From: an uncultured archaeon
Lineage (GTDB): Archaea > Asgardarchaeota > Lokiarchaeia > Sigyniarchaeales > SOKP01
Reading direction: 5' to 3'
DNA: 14,352 nt
Assembly: GCA_964583985.1 (NCBI GenBank)
Contig: CAZOYD010000041.1
Span: 1 to 14,352 of the forward strand
Shown piece by piece: positions 1 to 6,961 of this stretch. The position numbers and the translations under genes are program-made. Every line of letters begins with the position of its first letter. Positions within the stretch are counted from its first letter, which is position 1. Under the pieces are notes generated by a model. It ran no database searches and was not told where the DNA came from. It saw nothing but the letters and a program-made list of their open reading frames with translations.

Positions 1-1362
1 AAAGAAATTAAATCGTTACGAACTCCGCAAAATGGTCAAGAAATACCGGTCGAAAAAATCGATTCATTACTTAAAGAATTAGCCAAAATTTATCTTGAAT
101 CAAAGGAGTTTTATCCAGCACTGGAAAAAGCTTTGGAGCTCTCAGTTGAGAAGGAAAAAAACCAATTTTACTATAATTTAATCCGAGCATATGCAGTTGT
201 TGATTTTGATCAATGTATTCAAGTCATCGCAAAATTGAATGATAAACTTGAGAAATACCAGCTCATCCAAAACGTGGGTTTAGATTTTGTTTTAGTTTCA
301 ATTGACCAAATTGATAAACTTCTCGCTTTAGTTGATGATCCAGAAGAAAAGCAAAAAATTCTCATGAAAATAATGAGCAAGGTCTCTCAGAAAAACGTCG
401 AGATGACATTAAAATTATTGAAATATGTATCTGAAGAAATTATAAAAGTGAAAATTCTTTTTAATCTCGCCAAAATGCTCCACGATAATAAAAAAGATGA
501 TATTATTTCAACGTTAATAAATGACATCGTCACCATTCTCAAATCATCCAATCTTAATGAAAATAATTGTGAAAATCCCAGGTATCATCTCTTAAAAGAT
601 GCTATTGAATTGCTCGCAGAACTGGATCACCCTGAAACGGCTGATTCCATCATTAATGGAATAAGTGAAAAAGAGGTGAAAGACAAACTTACACGCGATC
701 TCTTTGATGATATATACCTGATGGTTGATGAAATTAAGACTAAAATTGAACCTTCTATCATCTTTTCTCAATATTACACGCTAAATGTATTAATTTCCCA
801 ATTATCGAAAGAAATCAAGGATTTCTCTTTTATTGGAGGAAATGTCAGCAATAATGTTCTCATGAATGATTATGACTTCAATATCACCTTCATTTCATTA
901 TTTAGCTTAGATTTTAGCATATTTCCTTTTATGGATCGTGTGTACACTGACTTGAAAACCAATTCTCGTAAATCCTTTGCATTCTATGTTTATCCTTCAA
1001 TCAGTAATCATGATGAAGAAGAACTCCAAATTATGCAATCCACGCTAACCCGATTCTTTCCAGTTACTAAAATGAATAATCCAAGCATCGTGTTTAACTT
1101 AGATTTCATTCCTTATCTGGGAATACCAACGATTATTTTATCATCACAGAATTCTCAATTAATAAGTTCTAAAATTCAAAACAAACTTGCAGATCGAGTT
1201 AAATTGATCGTTGATGATGATCTGTTTGAAGGAGGACAAGCTAAAGAATTTTTAAAGCGCGTGTTTAATTCTAATAACGTTGCGGTCATCAACCTAATTT
1301 TATCATATGAATTTATCAATGATTATAATATCCTTAAAGCATTTATAGAGGCTTTAATTTAG
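1..1362 (+). CDS. Hypothetical protein with N-terminal alpha-helical repeat-like (TPR/HEAT-like) region and C-terminal alpha/beta domain; 5'-truncated by the window edge
   Basis: Frame +1 is open from base 1 (KEIKSLRTPQNGQEIPVEKIDSLLKELAKIYLESKEFYPALEKAL...), so the track's TTG start at 133 is probably not the real start. The N-terminal half has amphipathic L/I/K/E helical periodicity. It ends TAG at 1360-1362, 31 bp before the next gene. Confidence 0.75.
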   Translation, partial: KEIKSLRTPQNGQEIPVEKIDSLLKELAKIYLESKEFYPALEKALELSVEKEKNQFYYNLIRAYAVVDFDQCIQVIAKLNDKLEKYQLIQNVGLDFVLVSIDQIDKLLALVDDPEEKQKILMKIMSKVSQKNVEMTLKLLKYVSEEIIKVKILFNLAKMLHDNKKDDIISTLINDIVTILKSSNLNENNCENPRYHLLKDAIELLAELDHPETADSIINGISEKEVKDKLTRDLFDDIYLMVDEIKTKIEPSIIFSQYYTLNVLISQLSKEIKDFSFIGGNVSNNVLMNDYDFNITFISLFSLDFSIFPFMDRVYTDLKTNSRKSFAFYVYPSISNHDEEELQIMQSTLTRFFPVTKMNNPSIVFNLDFIPYLGIPTIILSSQNSQLISSKIQNKLADRVKLIVDDDLFEGGQAKEFLKRVFNSNNVAVINLILSYEFINDYNILKAFIEALI

Positions 1363-1393
1363 CCACCTTAATCTAACCAAAAGTGAAATAATA

Positions 1394-3091
1394 ATGGGTA
1401 AAGACAAGAAAAAGAAAAAGAAAGATGTAGAACAACAAGATTATGGCACCTTCTCCCAGCTAATGGGAGGACCCTCTGAAACAAAACCTCAGAAAGGAAA
1501 AGATAAAAAATCAGTTAAAGCAGGGGGCATTCCTTTAGGAATACAAATTGGAAACCAAGTCGATAGATCCAATGATAATCTATTCCTTGGAACGGATTAC
1601 CGAGAAATCTTAATGCCTGATAGATCCTGGGCAGAAATTCTTGCGGATATCGAACATTGGACCCCATTACCGTTTACTCACGGCATCGAAATGGAATTAA
1701 TCATTGCGGATGATAATGGAGACTATCCACCAGGAGACGAAATGGTCTTTCGAATGAAAGAAATTGTAAAGGATGCCATAAAAATAATGGACCAAATATT
1801 ATATCAAGGAAGAACTGATTTCTTACCTGTTCCGGATTTCATTCGACAAAAAGTTATGGCGCGTCCGTGGGGTAGGGACGATCTAGAAAAAGGATATGCC
1901 ATGGATATCCGATATAGGTTACCCAATAATGCTGAAGTTGATATAGATACATTTGCTCGTGATGGTAATGTTACGGCCGTAACTTATATTTTAGAATTAG
2001 TGACTCCCCCTTGCGAATATGCTGAGGAACTCGCATTTTGGGCAAGCACTCTTTTCCTCCTTGCAAAAAATACTTTGCCTAATGATCTTCATATAATTGC
2101 CTCTGCTATTAATCCTGCTGCACGCGAATACATGCGTGGGCTGACCCAAGCCGATCATAGTCATTTGGGCTCATTTGGTTCAGACTTAGAGAAAATTCAA
2201 GCGTATTGTATGATAAGAAATTTTCTTCCCCACATAATTGCTTTAACGTGTAATTCTCCCATATTGAACAACCAGCCAACAGATGTAGTAAAAATCGTTG
2301 ATAGAAGGATTACTGCCCCCAATTGTGTACGATCTTTAAGATTGAAAAACAACACTACAATGCTAAGCAACAATGATCCGAAACACTTTATTCCGTATTT
2401 AACCTCTGGAGATGAAGAGTCGATTAATTATTTCCTCCAAGTAGTTCAAAAGGCAAGCCTGGAAGATGGCCGCTTCCAAGATGTGTTTCCCTTTACAGAT
2501 TGGGGAACTATTGAAATTCGAATTAGTGATGCCCAAATCTCGATATGTCGTAGGATTGGCATTGCTTTATTAATCCAAACGCTCTGTTATAAAGCGGTAA
2601 AGCTTTTGCAGAAAGGCGTATGGGTACCTGATGCTGGTTCTGAAACCATAGCCTATAACAGGAAAACATCAATTGAGCGAGGGCTTATTTCATTATTCCG
2701 CCCGCAAAACCTTACTCGCGAGCATTTGGCACAATATGATCCTGCATTTGCGGAACAATATCTTGGTCCTGAAAAGCAGCCTGTAAGATACATGACCCAA
2801 GCCGTCCAACGCATGTTCTTTTACTTAAAAGATGAGCTGAAAGAGCTCGGTTTTCTCTACTCGCCATTCTTGAAACCCGTGCTTCAATCTGTTTTTGGGA
2901 GCATAAGTTATGCGAAACCTCCGATAACAGAAGCTGAGTATCAATTAAGCTTATATCAATACAAATTAGAAAGAGGAGAAGATCCAAGCATTCTTTACGA
3001 TTTAATCTACTTTACCATTCAATACTGCCAAGATCCCTTGAATAATCCGTTAACCGGAACGTTGACGCTTCCGAAGGAAATGAGAGAATAG
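1394..3091 (+). CDS. Glutamate-cysteine ligase family 2 (GCS2/YbdK-like) ATP-dependent carboxylate-amine ligase
   Basis: Family motifs appear in the expected order: FTHGIEMELII (GxExE), LELVTPPC, DHSHLG (HxH), LPHIIALTCNSP, SLR, GTIEIRISDAQ (ExR). It has a Lys-rich N-terminal extension. The substrate cannot be determined from sequence. Confidence 0.85.
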   Translation: MGKDKKKKKKDVEQQDYGTFSQLMGGPSETKPQKGKDKKSVKAGGIPLGIQIGNQVDRSNDNLFLGTDYREILMPDRSWAEILADIEHWTPLPFTHGIEMELIIADDNGDYPPGDEMVFRMKEIVKDAIKIMDQILYQGRTDFLPVPDFIRQKVMARPWGRDDLEKGYAMDIRYRLPNNAEVDIDTFARDGNVTAVTYILELVTPPCEYAEELAFWASTLFLLAKNTLPNDLHIIASAINPAAREYMRGLTQADHSHLGSFGSDLEKIQAYCMIRNFLPHIIALTCNSPILNNQPTDVVKIVDRRITAPNCVRSLRLKNNTTMLSNNDPKHFIPYLTSGDEESINYFLQVVQKASLEDGRFQDVFPFTDWGTIEIRISDAQISICRRIGIALLIQTLCYKAVKLLQKGVWVPDAGSETIAYNRKTSIERGLISLFRPQNLTREHLAQYDPAFAEQYLGPEKQPVRYMTQAVQRMFFYLKDELKELGFLYSPFLKPVLQSVFGSISYAKPPITEAEYQLSLYQYKLERGEDPSILYDLIYFTIQYCQDPLNNPLTGTLTLPKEMRE

Positions 3092-3098
3092 TATTTAA

Positions 3099-3146
3099 CC
3101 AGTTAATAAGCTAATAATCCTTGATTATTCAATGATTATTGACTGG
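3099..3146 (+). terminator. Nested stem-loop just downstream of the ligase stop (terminator or other 3' RNA structure)
   Basis: CCAGTTAATAA (3099-3109) pairs with TTATTGACTGG (3136-3146) with one G-U pair. The inner stem is AATAATC (3113-3119)/GATTATT (3123-3129) with a CTT loop. Confidence 0.4.
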
Positions 3147-3241
3147 GATAATAATATTAAATTTCACAAAATATTATTTAAATAGAATAATGAACATGAT
3201 TAGTTTAGATAATCATCATAATTTATAATTTCTCGGTTCGA

Positions 3242-3991
3242 ATGCAAGAATTTCGGATCAATGAATATTTTTCATTACGGTTGGAAGAAGAAGGGACTTT
3301 TTACCTTGTTGATGAACAAGAAGGAGTTACCGTGCTTTATGTAGGAGGAGAGCGTTTTCTTCAGTGCAAATACTTGTTGTTAAATATTAAAGTTGACGAG
3401 ATGCATTCTTTGGAGGAAATCGAGTCGATTGATGAGGCATCGGAAAGATTGGATAATTCTCAAGAATATCCCGACTTAAAAAGGGCAGATATACCTCCCG
3501 AAGTAGAGTTCTGGGGGCATTGTTCGAACTTGCAGGCATAGTACGAGAATAATTACGATACGCGATTACTGCATAGCAATCTCGCGTTTCCGTTATTAAA
3601 GAGGCTAACGGAAGTGGGCGATCCTCTGGCACGAAAAGTGTTTAAAGAGGAAATTGCGAAACGATTTGCTGCGTGCATTCCAAATGTCATGATTTTTCTA
3701 CTAGAGCAGAAATTTTTGGATTTTTTTGATGATGAAGAAATTGAGCTCCTTATAAGAAGCGTAAAAGAAAAAGATCTACTAATTTATCGATATCTTCTTC
3801 CCATTCTAATGAAGCATAAATACGTGTATCAAGACTTCTCTGAAGTTAAAATTGAACGAAAGTTAATGGAATTATACGAGGATCTTAATAAGGGGCTTTT
3901 TGATGAAATGGACTTGGATGATTATTTCTGGAGGTTAAGAGAAAAAATCATTCTTCAGATGAAATTGGAGTATAAAAAGGAAAAAAAATAA
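3242..3991 (+). pseudogene. Lokiarchaeia-type 'EFWGHCSNLQ' family protein (domain often N-terminal to LRRs), interrupted by an in-frame TAG at 3539-3541
   Basis: Track ORFs 3242..3541 and 3614..3991 share a frame (offset 372 nt). The intervening DNA reads VEFWGHCSNLQA*YENNYDTRLLHSNLAFPLLKRLTEVGDPLARKVFKEEIAKRF. From memory, the family consensus has Trp at the * position, so this would be TGG->TAG. A read-through product would be 249 aa. Confidence 0.75.
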
Positions 3992-4156
3992 GTTCAGATA
4001 TAATCATTCATGTTAGGGATGGGAGTGGTATCAAAACTGTAGGGATTTAAGTATTCAAACACGAAGATCCATTTGATGATCTTATAAAATATATAAAAAT
4101 TTAAGAAAAGAACGATATTTCACTAGTAGAGTAATCGAAATTATACATTCTGGAAT

Positions 4157-4678
4157 ATGAAAACTAATTTTTCTCAAGGAAAAAGTTGGATCGTATCTGC
4201 TATTAGCGATCTGAAAATTGTCGTCAGTAGCATTCAGAATGAATTTTATTCTCTCGTCGCGTTTAGAAGTCAACTTGCTGTAGAAAAATTCAATAAAGCT
4301 ATTTTAAATTTTATGGGATTGAAAGTAGAGAAAACCTATTCTCCAACAGTTATATTGGAAGATTTTCTGAAAAACAAATCTTCTTTAACAATAGCATTAG
4401 ATATAAAAGAAGTAATTAATGATATTATAAAATATTCTAAATTTTTTGAGAATGAAGGGGTTCAAACTCGATACGGAACCTTTAAGAATGATAAATTAAT
4501 CACCGCTGAAGAAATTTATAAATCTTTCGAAGACGTCAAAGATTTTCTGATAAATCTAGAAAGGATATTAAATCTTTATTTAGAACTTTTAAAGAAGAGC
4601 TTAAACCTGACTACTGAAGGATTTAAAGATTTAGGTCAATTAGAATTATTACTCGGAGAATTAAAAAAATGGACTTAA
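4157..4678 (+). CDS. HEPN domain protein (putative toxin of a HEPN-MNT pair), possibly catalytically degenerate
   Basis: HEPN pattern: W..SA..DL, AFRSQLAVEKFNKAIL (cf. FxAQQAxEKxxKA), KTYS (cf. KTHD/N), TRYG (cf. xRYP). It overlaps the downstream nucleotidyltransferase gene by 10 bp. Confidence 0.75.
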   Translation: MKTNFSQGKSWIVSAISDLKIVVSSIQNEFYSLVAFRSQLAVEKFNKAILNFMGLKVEKTYSPTVILEDFLKNKSSLTIALDIKEVINDIIKYSKFFENEGVQTRYGTFKNDKLITAEEIYKSFEDVKDFLINLERILNLYLELLKKSLNLTTEGFKDLGQLELLLGELKKWT

Positions 4679-5157
4679 ATTTAAAGTTTTTAAAGAATGA
4701 ATATTTTTCGATAAAATTGGAGGACTACTTAACTCAAATATTTCAAACAGATAAAAAAATTGCGGGAATTGTTTTATTTGGCTCATTAGCAAGAGGAGAT
4801 GCAATTTATTCAGAAGAAAAGAGAAGTGATATTGATTTAATTATTATTTTTAAAGATAATGAGCTTCCAGAAGATCCTAGAAAAAAGAATGAATTGAAAT
4901 TAAAATTAATGCAACTCACATCCGCAGGAATAGATTCGCTCTGGATGACCGAAAGTGAATTTAAACGTCTTGTTCAAATCAAAACCGATATAATCCTATA
5001 TGCTCTCGATGAATGTAAAATTTTGTATGACCCGACGGGATTGATAAAAGAAGAAAAGGAGCATTTATTCAAAGAGTTAAAAGAAAAGGGCGTTAAAAAG
5101 AAAAAACACTATTGGATTTGGCCGATAAAGAACTTTGGGGAAGAAATCGAATGGTAA
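4669..5157 (+). CDS. Minimal nucleotidyltransferase (MNT, Pol-beta superfamily), putative antitoxin
   Basis: IVLFGSLARGD...SDIDLIII motif, a third Asp in GIDSL, and C-terminal ILYDPTG. GGAG lies upstream of the start, and the gene is translationally coupled to the HEPN gene. Confidence 0.88.
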   Translation: MDLNLKFLKNEYFSIKLEDYLTQIFQTDKKIAGIVLFGSLARGDAIYSEEKRSDIDLIIIFKDNELPEDPRKKNELKLKLMQLTSAGIDSLWMTESEFKRLVQIKTDIILYALDECKILYDPTGLIKEEKEHLFKELKEKGVKKKKHYWIWPIKNFGEEIEW

Positions 5158-5186
5158 AAAGATGACTGGATCAAAGATGAGATAGC

Positions 5187-6068
5187 ATGGTAGAAAAGAA
5201 GAAAATTGTTTTTATTGGGCCTTCTGGTGTGGGAAAGACGACAATAAAGAATGTTTTTTTTGAAATGGCTAATCCCTTTTATCTTTTACAAAATTCTCTT
5301 CCTCCTACAAGAGGCTTTAATACGGTCTCATACCAGTTTCAAGATGATGAAGTCGGTTTATTTGACTTAGCAGGACAAGAGAATGAAAATTGGTTTAATC
5401 AAGATCGAGAAATCTTTGCATATACTGATCTGATAATCTGTGTTTTCGATGTGAATAGTTATTTAAATGATCTCTTCGATTTTATAAAAAAGTTAATGAT
5501 TTTAATCAAGGAAATTGGGTTAGGTACTCTTTCTTTAGCGATCTTGTTACACAAGATAGATTTGACAGAGACGTTATATCTCCAACACAAGGTAAAAGCG
5601 ATTGAAGAATTTGTTGAAAAGGAAGTAACTGGAATTAAGAAAATTTCAATCCATACCACATCAATCTCAAAAGAATACTTCTTAGACACGTATGACAAAA
5701 TGGCAGAAATATTTCTTGATGTATTTCAAGACAAGTTAAATTACAAACAAAAATCCTTTATTCAAGATTTTCGAACGGATATGAGAATCATCCTCAAATA
5801 TGATGATTTAAAAAAACATTCACAAACTGAACTTTTTCATGATTTTAATTTACCATCAAAAGAATCAAGTTTACACCTCTCTAGATTAGAAAAATTAGGA
5901 TTTCTTGAATTCTTAGGGACTAATCAATTTTTTAAGATGACAGAACGCGCGATTTTCATTAAATCAACTATTGATACCTTGAAATTAGATGAAAGAGAAA
6001 GTAAAATTAATAAGGTTCTTGAATTTCTTTATTTATTTTCTAATTTCAAGCTAAAAAGTAATGATTAA
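5187..6068 (+). CDS. Rag/Gtr-like small GTPase with C-terminal winged helix-turn-helix-like domain
   Basis: G1 GPSGVGKTT, G2 PPTRG, G3 DLAGQ, G4 HKID and G5 TTSI; His in G4 and TSI are Rag hallmarks. The C-terminal segment SQTELFHDFNLPSKESSLHLSRLEKLGFLEF...FFKMTERA resembles an ArsR/MarR-type wHTH. Confidence 0.85.
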   Translation: MVEKKKIVFIGPSGVGKTTIKNVFFEMANPFYLLQNSLPPTRGFNTVSYQFQDDEVGLFDLAGQENENWFNQDREIFAYTDLIICVFDVNSYLNDLFDFIKKLMILIKEIGLGTLSLAILLHKIDLTETLYLQHKVKAIEEFVEKEVTGIKKISIHTTSISKEYFLDTYDKMAEIFLDVFQDKLNYKQKSFIQDFRTDMRIILKYDDLKKHSQTELFHDFNLPSKESSLHLSRLEKLGFLEFLGTNQFFKMTERAIFIKSTIDTLKLDERESKINKVLEFLYLFSNFKLKSND

Positions 6069-6096
6069 AAGAGATGAGAGAAATGTTCTATCTCTT
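6069..6096. terminator. Inverted repeat between convergent genes (possible bidirectional terminator)
   Basis: AAGAGAT (6069-6075)/ATCTCTT (6090-6096) with inner AGAA/TTCT, located in the 43-bp gap between the stops at 6068 and 6112. Confidence 0.35.
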
Positions 6097-6111
6097 CGAT
6101 AATTATCTTTC

Positions 6112-6777
6112 TCAATCTTTTTTGCGTTCTACAATTGCATATGTAATCAATCTCAGTACTATAAGACACAATGTAACAACTTGGTAAGTAATGGCTAGGG
6201 GTAATACCAGTTGATCTTGGGCAATTATTATGGCTAAAATATCTAACAACATCAGTATTCCTAATAACAAGAATGAATAGAGTACCATGCTAATATTTTC
6301 TTTTTTTATTCCCATACATGTCCATAATAAAAGCATGCTAAAAACAAAGGGTAAATATAGCAAGTTCATTGGAGAAAACCAATTCCATGGTGCAGCGAAT
6401 ACCATTAAGCCATAACCGAAAGTTGCAAAGAGGAAAGCAATGATTGAAATGCGTCTTAATATTCTACGCCATAACGGTGTTTTATCTTCCCATTCAATTT
6501 TATTAATGAGAGATGTAATGATCCTACTCCTTCCAATCTTTGCTTTAAACGCCATTCCTTTCTTTTTTAAAAGAACACCTGAGATTAAAAAAAGCAGTAA
6601 AATTTTAGCCAAACCATACTCCAGATATACCATGAATGGAAAATGATATATGGGAGGATCATCTGGAATCGGTACAACAAGTGTGACTATTATAATACAA
6701 GCTGTAATGATATTTATCGTGAGTATTAAACGAACAATGAAAGTTGTTCTTTTTCGAATGAATTCAGATAACGCCAT
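6112..6777 (-). CDS. Integral membrane protein of unknown function (about 6 TM helices)
   Basis: Six long hydrophobic segments with a basic loop (KKKGMAFKAKIGRSR...RRILRR) after the second, consistent with the positive-inside rule. Confidence 0.8.
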   Translation of the reverse strand: MALSEFIRKRTTFIVRLILTINIITACIIIVTLVVPIPDDPPIYHFPFMVYLEYGLAKILLLFLISGVLLKKKGMAFKAKIGRSRIITSLINKIEWEDKTPLWRRILRRISIIAFLFATFGYGLMVFAAPWNWFSPMNLLYLPFVFSMLLLWTCMGIKKENISMVLYSFLLLGILMLLDILAIIIAQDQLVLPLAITYQVVTLCLIVLRLITYAIVERKKD

Positions 6778-6961
6778 GATTATTTAATAAATCCATAATA
6801 GGATTTAAAAAGATTTTACTATGATTGAAATTATTAATGTTTTGACTTGTCTTAGCACAATTCAATTTACAAATTACAAAATATTAAATCTAATAATTTA
6901 GATATTTATAGCATATTAGCAATTTTTAGATTGTAAGATAACATCCCTACAAGGATAGAAA

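Noticed and set aside
2712-2987. 91-aa minus-strand ORF
   Set aside because: Fully antisense to the well-supported ligase gene and has no motifs.
3387-3632. 81-aa minus-strand ORF
   Set aside because: Antisense shadow of the amber-interrupted gene.
3614-3991. 125-aa ORF as an independent gene
   Set aside because: It is the in-frame continuation of 3242..3541 beyond the TAG; its GTG is an internal Val codon.
4064-4083. AAGATC-N8-GATCTT inverted repeat next to a TATA-like sequence upstream of HEPN (possible operator)
   Set aside because: Arms are only 6 bp, which cannot be distinguished from chance.
4082-4273. 63-aa minus-strand ORF
   Set aside because: Overlaps the HEPN gene antisense and its likely promoter; no recognisable features.
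5459-5698. 79-aa minus-strand ORF
   Set aside because: Antisense to the GTPase gene.
6440-6646. 68-aa plus-strand ORF
   Set aside because: Antisense to the membrane protein gene.
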